This document shows, piece after piece, positions 27,472 through 36,269 of a stretch of 64,000 bases of DNA. Every line of letters begins with the position of its first letter. Position 1 is the first letter of the stretch. The translations under genes were made by a program, and so were the position numbers. Under the pieces are notes generated by a model. That model was not told where the DNA came from. It was given only the letters and a program-made list of their open reading frames with translations, and did no database searches. The DNA is taken from positions 32,001 through 96,000 of the IMG/VR virus record IMGVR_UViG_3300023176_007894; one strand, 5' to 3'. The stretch comes from a virus.

Positions 27472-28485
27472 ATGAATGATAAAACAGGAGAACTTCTCAC
27501 AAACAATATCGCTGGTGTAAATAGGATCTTACCTCATAAACACAAATTTGCATGGGATTTATTTTTAAAAAGTTGCGCAAACAATTGGATGCCTACTGAG
27601 ATCAGTATGCAAAATGATATTAAACAATGGAAAAATGATGAAATTTCAGAGGATGAAAAATTACTTGTTAAACGTTGTCTTGGATTTTTTGCTGGAAGTG
27701 AGTCTTTGGTTGGTAATAATCTTTTGCTTTCTGCCTTTAAATATGTCACGGACGCTGAGTGCCGCCAGTACATCTTGCGTCAAGCTTTTGAAGAGAGTCT
27801 TCACAACCTTACGGTAGTATATGTTTGCGACAGTTTAGACTTAGATATCGAAGAGGTTTTTGCTGCTTACGAAACCATACCGAGCATCAAAGCAAAGGAT
27901 GATTTCTTGATGAGTATAACCAATGATATTAGCAGGCAGGATTTTAATCCCCATACAAAAACAGGAAAACAAGAAATCTTAAGAAACTTTTTAACATATT
28001 GGATTGTCTGCGAAGGAACATTTTTCTTTAGCGGGTTTGCAATGCTCTTGGCTCTCGGAAGACAAAACAAACTTCAGGGAATTTCTGATCAGATTAAATA
28101 TACCTTGAGAGACGAAAGTTCTCATATCGCATTTGGAACATATTTAATTAATACATTAATCGAGCAAAATCCATCTATATGGACAAAAGCAATTCAGGAA
28201 GAATTTGTAGAGCACATGAAAAAAGCCGTAGAGCTCGAAATAGAATATGCTCATGATGTGCTGCCCACAGGTATTCTTGGTCTAAACGCCGATATGTTTG
28301 TTGATTATATGCATTATATTGGTAATCGCAGGCTCGAAGCAATTGGATTGGATTACAGATTTCCAAGCGACAAAAATCCGTTTCCTTGGCTAAGTGAAGT
28401 TGTAGATGTTCAGGCTATGGGTAACTTTTTTGAACGCAGGGTTCGAGAATACCAGCAAAGTGGCGCTTTAGAAGACGATTTTTAA
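27472..28485 (+). CDS. nrdB: Ribonucleotide reductase beta subunit with class Ic-like (R2c) signatures
   Basis: W-PTEI, FFAGSESLVGNN, EESLHNLTV, EGTFFFSGF, RDESSH, NFFERRVREY. Confidence 0.92.
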   Translation: MNDKTGELLTNNIAGVNRILPHKHKFAWDLFLKSCANNWMPTEISMQNDIKQWKNDEISEDEKLLVKRCLGFFAGSESLVGNNLLLSAFKYVTDAECRQYILRQAFEESLHNLTVVYVCDSLDLDIEEVFAAYETIPSIKAKDDFLMSITNDISRQDFNPHTKTGKQEILRNFLTYWIVCEGTFFFSGFAMLLALGRQNKLQGISDQIKYTLRDESSHIAFGTYLINTLIEQNPSIWTKAIQEEFVEHMKKAVELEIEYAHDVLPTGILGLNADMFVDYMHYIGNRRLEAIGLDYRFPSDKNPFPWLSEVVDVQAMGNFFERRVREYQQSGALEDDF

Positions 28486-28489
28486 ATTA

Positions 28490-29761
28490 TTAAAGCAAGC
28501 TATACAATGGAGGCTCTCCATTGGAAATTTTAAAAGGTCTGCCGCTAGGAGAAAATAAAGTTTTAGATAAGCTTAATCCCATAGCATAAGCAATAGTTGC
28601 ATTAATAGATTCTATGCCAACTCCATTTTCCTCAACATAATGTCCACGCTTATCGGATTGCCCATATACTTGTCCGCCTTTAATTCCTCCTCCTGCAAAG
28701 AGCGCACTAAAAGAAGATGGATGATGATCTCTACCGTTTCTTCCCGATTTAATCTCTGGAGTTCTTCCAAATTCGCTAGCTACAACAACCATTGTGTCAT
28801 TAAGTAGCCCTCTTGTATTTAAATCTTCGAGGAGCGCACTTAACCCTGAATCTAAGGTTGTAGCTTTGTCTTCTAGTGATCCAAAAACATCATTATGCAT
28901 GTCCCATCCTCCATAAACAACCTCGACAAATCTCACTTTACTCTCTACTAATCTGCGAGCGAGCAAACAGCCTTGTCCGAAATTATTTTGTCCATATTTT
29001 TCTCTAATGGATTCTGGTTCTTTAGTTAAATCAAATGCATCAAGATCTTTGCTCTTCATCAGTTTGATTGCATTATCGTAAAGATCGGAGTATGCTCGAA
29101 TTTGTTTTTGAGGAAAAGATTTTCCGAAAGATTGATTAAATGATTTTGCAATATCAGTTCTTTGTTTATATGTTTCTTCGTCAAGATATGAGCTTTTTTT
29201 AATATTTTGAATACCTGCATTAGGGTTGCCTAATGGAAGTGGTCCATATTTGCTCTCTAAAAATCCTGCCCCTAAAATTCCGCTTCCACCATTAATTTTA
29301 ACATTATCTGGAAGAGTAAGGTTCAGTTTTTGAGACATTCTGCTAACCCAGCTGCCCATGCTAGGATGAATAATTGTTCCTCGTTTTTGGTAAGAGGTGT
29401 GAAGTAAATAATTAGCTTGCTCGTGCGCACCTTGGTTTGTGTTTATTGATCTAACTAGTGAAGCTAAATGCATTTGCTTAGATGTTTTAGGTAACCAGTG
29501 ACCAAGCTGAATTCCGTCTGCAGAGGTATTAATAGCATTAGTTTCTCCCATAACGTCTTTGTTTTCGGGTTTTGGGTCAAATGTATCTATGTGGGTCATA
29601 CCTCCAGCCATGTATAAAAATATAATATGCCTTGCCGTTGGTGTCCTTTTGGGTTGCTCTGATACTCCAAGCAGTTCTGAAGCGCTAAAAATTGCATTAA
29701 CTCCGAGTAGAGATCCAGCTAGTTGCTTTGCAAAAATTCTTCGTGAAGATTGATTATTCAT
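28490..29761 (-). CDS. DUF1501-family protein with Tat signal
   Basis: SRRIF signal; IFLYMAGGMTHIDTFDPKP, GCLLARRLVE, GGWDMH, SEFGRTP, GRDHHP, GGGIKGG. Confidence 0.9.
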   Translation of the reverse strand: MNNQSSRRIFAKQLAGSLLGVNAIFSASELLGVSEQPKRTPTARHIIFLYMAGGMTHIDTFDPKPENKDVMGETNAINTSADGIQLGHWLPKTSKQMHLASLVRSINTNQGAHEQANYLLHTSYQKRGTIIHPSMGSWVSRMSQKLNLTLPDNVKINGGSGILGAGFLESKYGPLPLGNPNAGIQNIKKSSYLDEETYKQRTDIAKSFNQSFGKSFPQKQIRAYSDLYDNAIKLMKSKDLDAFDLTKEPESIREKYGQNNFGQGCLLARRLVESKVRFVEVVYGGWDMHNDVFGSLEDKATTLDSGLSALLEDLNTRGLLNDTMVVVASEFGRTPEIKSGRNGRDHHPSSFSALFAGGGIKGGQVYGQSDKRGHYVEENGVGIESINATIAYAMGLSLSKTLFSPSGRPFKISNGEPPLYSLL

Positions 29762-29775
29762 ATAAAGGTATACAC

Positions 29776-31053
29776 TTATTTGATTAATTCTTCAATGACT
29801 CTGCCTCCGTCAACAATTTCCATAGGTCTATCACCAGGAGCCATCAACTCTTTATCTGCATTTATTCCAATTTGATTGTAAACTGTTTTTGCATAATCCA
29901 TTGGTGAAACGGGATTATCTTCTACGGTGGTTGCAAAAGCATCACTAGATCCATAAACAAAGCCTTGTTTGATTCCTCCTCCGGCAAGAACGCTACTGAA
30001 AACTCTGGGCCAATGGTCTCGGCCAGCATCTTTATTAATTTTAGGAGTTCTTCCAAATTCACTATTCACCATCACTAGGGTGCTCTCGAGAAGACCTCGA
30101 TCATCTAAATCAGAAATAAGAGATGCTAGCGCTTGGTCGAGAATTGAACCCTGCGTGCTGAATGCGTTTTCTATATTTTGATGATGATCCCAGCCTCCAT
30201 AGGTTAATGTTACCAATCTGACTCCTGCCTCAACAAGCCTTCTTGCCAAAAGCATTCTCATGCCAGCTTGATTTTTGCCATATTTTTCTTTAATTGACTC
30301 GCTTTCTTTTGATATATCAAAGGCTTCTCTAGCTTTAGGGCTGCTTATCATTTGGTATGCATTTTGATAAAATGTATCCATTGAAGATAATGCATCACTT
30401 TTTTCGAAAGAATTAAAATCTGATTCTATCATCTGTAAAAGACTTCTTCTTGAAGAAAATCTATTAAAGTCAATTCCTCCTGGAAGCTCTAGGTCTCTGA
30501 CTTTAAAGTTAGAGTTGGCGGGGTCGCTTCCAAGGCTAAAGGGAGAATATCTAGAGCTTAGATAACCAGAGCCTGCATACTGATTGGGCTGATTAGGAAT
30601 GCAAACGTAAGGTGGTAAATTTTCTCTGCCTCCTAATTCGTGAGATATAACAGAACCATAACTTGGATACTGTATCGCTGGGCTAGGCTTGTGGCCATTG
30701 AACATATTATGCGTGCCTCTTTCATGCGCTGCTTCTCCATGGGTTAGGCTTCTTACTACAGATATTTTATCTGCAATGTTGGCCATGTTTTTCATATTTT
30801 CGCTAAATTGAATACCTGGAATTTTTGTATCAATTGCCGAGAATGGTCCTCTGTATTCAAGCGGAGCATATGGTTTAGGATCCCAAGATTCTTGATGCGC
30901 CATTCCTCCTGGTAGATATATATGTATAATTGATTTTGCAGGCCCATCTATTGTTGGGTAATATTTTGCTTTTGCAATAGATTCTTGTTCAAGTAAATAT
31001 GGAAGTGAAAGAATGCCTGCGCTTCCTATTTTAATAAAGTTTTTTCTATTCAT
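29776..31053 (-). CDS. DUF1501-family protein with Tat-like signal (NRKNFIK)
   Basis: IHIYLPGGMAHQESWDPKP, LLARRLVEAGV, GGWDHH, SEFGRTP, GRDHWP. Confidence 0.9.
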   Translation of the reverse strand: MNRKNFIKIGSAGILSLPYLLEQESIAKAKYYPTIDGPAKSIIHIYLPGGMAHQESWDPKPYAPLEYRGPFSAIDTKIPGIQFSENMKNMANIADKISVVRSLTHGEAAHERGTHNMFNGHKPSPAIQYPSYGSVISHELGGRENLPPYVCIPNQPNQYAGSGYLSSRYSPFSLGSDPANSNFKVRDLELPGGIDFNRFSSRRSLLQMIESDFNSFEKSDALSSMDTFYQNAYQMISSPKAREAFDISKESESIKEKYGKNQAGMRMLLARRLVEAGVRLVTLTYGGWDHHQNIENAFSTQGSILDQALASLISDLDDRGLLESTLVMVNSEFGRTPKINKDAGRDHWPRVFSSVLAGGGIKQGFVYGSSDAFATTVEDNPVSPMDYAKTVYNQIGINADKELMAPGDRPMEIVDGGRVIEELIK

Positions 31054-33086
31054 TGTATAAATATAAATTCATGAGTGTTTAATAATATCCAAGATACATG
31101 TTTAAATCCATTTTTTTTATCTATAATGGGCTTTAACTCTTTTAGCTCTTTTGGGTTTGGTTGACGACCTAATATTGATAAGAATGCACTAACAATCTGA
31201 TCGTTGATTGTTTTTTCTCCTTCAATAAATTTCATAAAATCTGCATTTTTATTGTTTAGTATATTTTTTTCAACAAAACCGTTTAATAAATTTAAGACTT
31301 GAGTTGTGTTTGGCTCAAAGTTGCTGTTTTCGATTTGCTCTTTATCGCTTCCCCCAAATTGTCTTATCAGGTGTCCTCCTGGGGCTGGATATGGTAAGTA
31401 GCTACTTCGTATTAAGGATTTGTCTTTAAATTTTTTATTATCATTTTTTTCTTCTGATAATATCTGTAATAAATTTCGATTTTCTGGATGCATTTCGACA
31501 AGTCTTTTGAAGTCGTTATATATTGCTGTAGAGTTTAAGTCTTTGTATCTATTGTAAATGATTGAGTAGTCTTGATTATTTTGAATATAGAGTCTTTCTT
31601 TGGAGTCGATATTATTATATACTAGCGTAACTAAAGAGTCCCAGATTTGTTCGCCAGTCATTCTGCGCAATGGGGGTCCGGCGAAATGAAAATTTTCAAT
31701 ACTGGCGAAGTCTTCCTTGAAGCTTTTGCGCGAAAAAAGATCTGTGCTTAAAAGTATCCTTTTGAATTCTTTGGTGTCAAAGTCTAGGCTTATTATCAAT
31801 TTTTCAATGAACTTTAATAACTCTGGGTTGCTTGCAATTGTTTCATCGGTCATGGTGTCGATTGGTTCAATTAATCCAATTCCGAAAATTCTTTTCCATA
31901 ATCTGTTGCTAATAACTGTTGCAAATCTTGGATTGTCTTCGCTTGTGATCCAATTCGCAAAAATAATTCTGCTATTATCATTATCTTTTGGTAATGAAAT
32001 ATTTGGAGTAAATATTGATTTAGCGTAAACCAAATCTCCTGGATCGCCATCGCTCTCTGCAAAATCTTTAGGAAGTTTGATTTTCCCTGTGCCGTTGTTC
32101 TCTATTCCAAATTGCAGGGAATCTCTAACTTGGTTTCTCCAGTTATTAAAAAGTCCTGATTTGGGATCTCCATCTGTTTGTATTGCCCTGCTTAATTTAC
32201 CGATTTTTTTACTTTGTTCGTTAATTCTTACTGCCCCAATGCCTGATGTAAAAGCCGTCATTTCATAAAATTGTTTTTGAGTCCATTTATCAAACGGGTG
32301 ATTGTGGCACATTGCGCACTGAAGTCTTGTTCCTAGGAATATTCTAATTGTATGCGATAAATGATCTGGCTGCATGCCTCTGTCTCTGAGGTAAAAACTG
32401 ATTGCGGCACTATCATTTCCGCCGTACAGTTCACCGTTACTAGCTATCAAATCTCTGACCATTTCGTCATATGGCTGATTTGATTCTAGACTCCTGCGAA
32501 TCCATTGTCTGTATGCAACCCCGAGATTAATGTTGGTTCCGTCTAGTCTGTCTTTTATTCTTAGCAGGTCGCTTAACCAGTTTAATTCATTATTTATGTA
32601 TCCAGGGTGATCTAATAATTCTTTTATTAATTTTTGTTTTTTCTTCGGGTCTCTACTCTCGGTATACTTAGTGAGTTCGTTTTGAGTTGGAATGCGCCCT
32701 AATATGGTTAAATATATTCTTCTTGTAAATTCATAATCATCTGTTTTTTGCGTTTTAGAAACTTTGAGCGTTTTGAGTTTTGCATTTACTAAGGAATCAA
32801 TGTGGCTTGCAAAAATTGCTATAGATTTTTCATTAACAGGGGTTGGTAATTTTTTTAGGCCGCCATGTCTATTTGTGGCATGGTAAAGCTCAACTAAATT
32901 TTGAGTTTCAAGCGTAAAAAAACTAATCGGTACTCGAAAAAGCTGTAGGTCGCTTTCTTTCTTTAATAATACATGTGTCGCGTTCGCTTCGATAATTTGT
33001 GCCTTTATTACGCGTCCGTCTTTGTATACTATATCTCCGCCGAAACAAAGCAGGGAAGAGGTTAAAAATAATAATAAATGTTTCAT
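31050..33086 (-). CDS. DUF1549 (PSCyt2)/DUF1553 (PSD1) protein with signal peptide
   Basis: Signal MKHLLLFLTSSLLCFG; RRIYLTILGRIPT, FLGTRLQCAMCHNHPFDKWTQKQFY, NRLWKRIFGIGLIEP, RRMTGEQIWDSL, WILLNTHEF. Confidence 0.9.
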   Translation of the reverse strand: MKHLLLFLTSSLLCFGGDIVYKDGRVIKAQIIEANATHVLLKKESDLQLFRVPISFFTLETQNLVELYHATNRHGGLKKLPTPVNEKSIAIFASHIDSLVNAKLKTLKVSKTQKTDDYEFTRRIYLTILGRIPTQNELTKYTESRDPKKKQKLIKELLDHPGYINNELNWLSDLLRIKDRLDGTNINLGVAYRQWIRRSLESNQPYDEMVRDLIASNGELYGGNDSAAISFYLRDRGMQPDHLSHTIRIFLGTRLQCAMCHNHPFDKWTQKQFYEMTAFTSGIGAVRINEQSKKIGKLSRAIQTDGDPKSGLFNNWRNQVRDSLQFGIENNGTGKIKLPKDFAESDGDPGDLVYAKSIFTPNISLPKDNDNSRIIFANWITSEDNPRFATVISNRLWKRIFGIGLIEPIDTMTDETIASNPELLKFIEKLIISLDFDTKEFKRILLSTDLFSRKSFKEDFASIENFHFAGPPLRRMTGEQIWDSLVTLVYNNIDSKERLYIQNNQDYSIIYNRYKDLNSTAIYNDFKRLVEMHPENRNLLQILSEEKNDNKKFKDKSLIRSSYLPYPAPGGHLIRQFGGSDKEQIENSNFEPNTTQVLNLLNGFVEKNILNNKNADFMKFIEGEKTINDQIVSAFLSILGRQPNPKELKELKPIIDKKNGFKHVSWILLNTHEFIFIQ

Positions 33087-33087
33087 G

Positions 33088-34752
33088 TTATTGTTTGATA
33101 TGTTTTCCGTCTGTAAGTCCTGCGCTGTATGCATTTAAATCTATGCCAACTTTTTTACTTGCATCGAAAATTAATTTTAAATAATACTCTGGCGATCCAT
33201 TGTCTTGCGCATGATATTCATCGCTAAAAACAATTCCGCTTTTGTTTTTTATTTCTGATCTATTTTCCAAGAAATGGTATTTTTTGAGATTATCGTCTTT
33301 GAGGTAACCTTGTCCTTGCCAAGCGTTTTCGACAAATTCTTTAAAAGATCTTGAAAATACTTTGTCTCCAACTTGAAACATAATTCCTCTATATAAGCCT
33401 TTATGTGAATCCAGTTTTGATTTAAGTTGGTTAAGATCTTTTGTATAATTTTCTTCGGGGTTCTTGTTGAAATTTGGCAAATGGTAGGAAGGTTGAGCTT
33501 CATCTTGAAAAACAAAAGCCAAAACATTGTCTTTGTCTGCAGCTTGCGAAAAAAATCGAAGCGTTCTTTCTCCTGAGCTATCTATTATGCTGACTCTTTT
33601 AGAATAAAGAGATTCGTCATTGTTATAATATGGAAGAAGCGCATCTTTAAGTATTGTGTTTTTCATAATCTCGAGCTGCTTTCTTGTTTTTAATATACTT
33701 CCACTACCATCGACATGCATCATGATGTGAAGCTGGCCATTCTTTGGCAGGTCTTTGTAGTAGACTCCACCATTGCCCCCACCTAATCCGTAGCCATTTT
33801 TTTTCCCAATTCCTAATTTTTCAATGATATATCCTTGTGTTAGTCCAGCTGCACCTCCTGCACCAGCTCCTCCTATTAATCCTCCGACTCCACTTGATTC
33901 ATATAGCTCCGAAGTTTGATCATTGTATCCAGAACCAATGCCTCCTAGTGCAGGAACAGCTTTGCCGTTTGACATGGCTTCACCTATTCCTGCGCTTAAC
34001 CCAGCTCCTGATCCTGCGCCTGCGCCTATTGCAGAAGAGCCGATTCCTGCCCCTACTCCCTGACTTGGGTAATTATATGCATAAAGTTCTCCAGCCTTTG
34101 ACGATTTAGAATTTTTTATTTCTCCACTATTTAATTTAAAATCTCCGAGCTCTGAATTATCTTGGTCGGGAACTAAATTCATTTGTGAAAAATCAACACC
34201 CGCACTATCTTCGTTATTTCTTTTTTTATTTAAATTGTTTTGGGCTATGTTTTTATCTTCAAGGCCAATATCTTTGAGCCTCCTATTTAGTAGTCCAGGA
34301 TCGGCTTCGATTGACTCTATAGAATTGCCAACCACATCATGACGACGATGGCCAAAATTAACATTATCTCTAGTATGAATTGAATTTTCATTTAAAATTG
34401 TATTGTTGGTTCTTAAATTTATATCATCAGTATATACAGTGCCACTATAATCTTTTGTGTTTATTGTTGATATTGCTCTGCTGTTATATACATGTTCTTC
34501 ATTTGCCTGTTTTTCTCGTATGGATCCATGTAAATAATCTTTATATATAATATCTTTATTTTCATGAATTATTCTATCAACATATACTATTTCTTTGGAA
34601 AAATTTGATTCGTGCTTTGATTGATCTCTCTCGACAAAATCAATTGATTCGTTAGGGGATTTTGTAATTAATGAAATTATCAGTATAAGAAATAAGATAA
34701 AAATAATGTATGCAGAAATAAGATTTGAGAGCGCGACGTTTTTGTTTTTCAT
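33088..34752 (-). CDS. Membrane-anchored protein with Gly-rich linker and C-terminal vWA-like domain
   Basis: N-terminal TM; GAGAG-rich region; HVDGSGS (MIDAS DxSxS) and FVFQDE. Confidence 0.65.
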   Translation of the reverse strand: MKNKNVALSNLISAYIIFILFLILIISLITKSPNESIDFVERDQSKHESNFSKEIVYVDRIIHENKDIIYKDYLHGSIREKQANEEHVYNSRAISTINTKDYSGTVYTDDINLRTNNTILNENSIHTRDNVNFGHRRHDVVGNSIESIEADPGLLNRRLKDIGLEDKNIAQNNLNKKRNNEDSAGVDFSQMNLVPDQDNSELGDFKLNSGEIKNSKSSKAGELYAYNYPSQGVGAGIGSSAIGAGAGSGAGLSAGIGEAMSNGKAVPALGGIGSGYNDQTSELYESSGVGGLIGGAGAGGAAGLTQGYIIEKLGIGKKNGYGLGGGNGGVYYKDLPKNGQLHIMMHVDGSGSILKTRKQLEIMKNTILKDALLPYYNNDESLYSKRVSIIDSSGERTLRFFSQAADKDNVLAFVFQDEAQPSYHLPNFNKNPEENYTKDLNQLKSKLDSHKGLYRGIMFQVGDKVFSRSFKEFVENAWQGQGYLKDDNLKKYHFLENRSEIKNKSGIVFSDEYHAQDNGSPEYYLKLIFDASKKVGIDLNAYSAGLTDGKHIKQ

Positions 34753-34788
34753 GATTTAAATGGTAGCTTTCGGAACAATTATTTACAC

Positions 34789-34814
34789 AAAAAAGCCGCC
34801 CGAAGGCGGCTTTT
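34789..34814 (-). terminator. Rho-independent terminator (cUUCGg loop), possibly bidirectional
   Basis: Minus strand aaaagccgcc-ttcg-ggcggctttttt, directly followed by GTGTA. Confidence 0.85.
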
Positions 34815-34836
34815 GTGTTTGGGGTTAGGCTTAAAT

Positions 34837-35076
34837 CTATCCCTTATCAGAGCTAGGCTTTAAGAGCGCTACAAGCAGAAGGAGCGTAATGACCCCTGCA
34901 AGTGAAGCGCCTTCTCCAACGAACCCTAGTACGACATCCTGAAGGTTGCCGATGACGTTAATAGGAGCTCCTTCGCCAAAGACGACTTGAGCTACGACCA
35001 ATAGGCCGATAATCGACAGGAGAACACTTGTGACTCCTCCTGCGTACGTTTTAATCGTATCGATTGTATTTTTCAT
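34837..35076 (-). CDS. Small two-TM membrane protein
   Basis: 79 aa with two hydrophobic helices. Confidence 0.75.
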   Translation of the reverse strand: MKNTIDTIKTYAGGVTSVLLSIIGLLVVAQVVFGEGAPINVIGNLQDVVLGFVGEGASLAGVITLLLLVALLKPSSDKG

Positions 35077-35080
35077 AAAT

Positions 35081-35737
35081 TTAGAAGTTTACAGAGATTC
35101 CAAGACCAATAACGTATTCTTCAGAAATGAGATCTGAGTCAACTCTTGTAAGGTCAAAAGAAGCTACTGCATTTTCAGAAATTTTTCTGGAAACACCAAG
35201 TCCTGTAGAATAGTATGTTTCGTTTTGAGAATTAGAGAGATCTGTATTTCCTACAGAGCCTCCGATTGCCAAATCTCCAACACCTACATCAATAGAGTGG
35301 GATAGACCAAGCTCATAGGTATACAACGAATCTTCTAGATTGCGGAAGACGGATAATTTTGGCGATAGAAATGTGTTAATTTCAAAACTGATCTCTGCCT
35401 CCAATAAAGTATTACCCGGAACATCTTCCACGTGATTTAATCCAAGATAAGCTTTAAAAAGTTCATTAGCAAAGCTTTTAGAGGCTCCTCCTGCGATAAT
35501 ATACGAGTCAGATCCGCTGCTGGATACTGATTGATTTGTAAATGCTCCAACAGAATAGTTTAGACCCAGCACTTCTCCATTTACTCCAACCGAAGCCTGA
35601 ATTGCTTCTTCTGAATTTAGGGCTCCTCGAAAAAAGTAGTCTGAGGCGTACCGAGTGCTTAGCGAATAATTTTCTGCCGAAGCGACGTTAATAAAAACTC
35701 CCAAAAGGGTAGTAAGGATTAGTTTTGTTGTCTTCAT
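35081..35737 (-). CDS. Outer-membrane beta-barrel protein (TIGR02001/TorF-like putative porin)
   Basis: Signal peptide ending ASA; YASDYFFRG motif; alternating beta strands; C-terminal Phe (GLGISVNF). Confidence 0.75.
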   Translation of the reverse strand: MKTTKLILTTLLGVFINVASAENYSLSTRYASDYFFRGALNSEEAIQASVGVNGEVLGLNYSVGAFTNQSVSSSGSDSYIIAGGASKSFANELFKAYLGLNHVEDVPGNTLLEAEISFEINTFLSPKLSVFRNLEDSLYTYELGLSHSIDVGVGDLAIGGSVGNTDLSNSQNETYYSTGLGVSRKISENAVASFDLTRVDSDLISEEYVIGLGISVNF

Positions 35738-35753
35738 AAGATTTAAAAGTTAT

Positions 35754-35782
35754 ATTATACTAATTTGATAAGCAAATGTCAA
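35754..35782 (-). promoter_or_regulatory. Perfect-consensus sigma70 promoter TTGACA-N17-TATAAT
   Basis: Minus strand TTGACA tttgcttatcaaattag TATAAT, 16 nt before the porin ATG. Confidence 0.85.
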
Positions 35783-36165
35783 GAGATTTTTATTCTTGAG
35801 CTTGTTTTATCTTTAAGCTTTGGTATATTAATGGTCAATATACCGTCTTGCATTTTGGCGGAAATATTCTTTGCATCCATATTGCTTTCGAGCTTATACT
35901 TGTTTTTGAAGGGGTCGTCAAATATTTCTTGCTTGATATATTTTTTGCACTTTTTATTTTCAGGCTCATGGCAAATATGTAATACATTTTCTATTACATC
36001 TATCGTAATATCTTTCTTTGATAGACCGGGCGCTTCTATTTCAATAGTGGTTGAGTTTTCGTCTTGAAAGATGTTGCAATTTTTTCGTGAGGTTTCAGGT
36101 TGATAATAAAAATTATCGAATATTGAATCGAATATTGAGTTATTGTTTTTAATGTAATATGACAT
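35779..36165 (-). CDS. Small heat-shock protein (Hsp20/alpha-crystallin)
   Basis: EIEAPGLSKKDITI...ISAKMQDGILTINIPK; AAGGAG SD at 36171-36176. Confidence 0.9.
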   Translation of the reverse strand: MSYYIKNNNSIFDSIFDNFYYQPETSRKNCNIFQDENSTTIEIEAPGLSKKDITIDVIENVLHICHEPENKKCKKYIKQEIFDDPFKNKYKLESNMDAKNISAKMQDGILTINIPKLKDKTSSRIKIS

Positions 36166-36252
36166 TTTGTCTCCTTGTGTTTTAGTTGTTTTAAAGTATT
36201 GTGTAAATATGTCTCAAAAATCACTTGATCTTTGAGCTTTCAATACTATAGT

Positions 36253-36269
36253 TGCTATAACTGTGCCAA
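36253..36269 (-). promoter_or_regulatory. Putative sigma54 (-24/-12) promoter upstream of hsp20
   Basis: TTGGCAC-agtta-TAGCA with exact GG-N10-GC spacing. Confidence 0.6.

Noticed and set aside
28490-36165. Host chromosomal DNA or a prophage boundary
   Set aside because: Phage genes flank both sides, composition is uniform, the phage GTGTA motif lies inside the block, and no integrase or att site was seen; read-level confirmation is still advisable
36201-36213. Plus-strand GTGTA near hsp20
   Set aside because: It points antisense to the local genes and the following ATG opens only a few codons; probably chance, though an antisense RNA is not excluded
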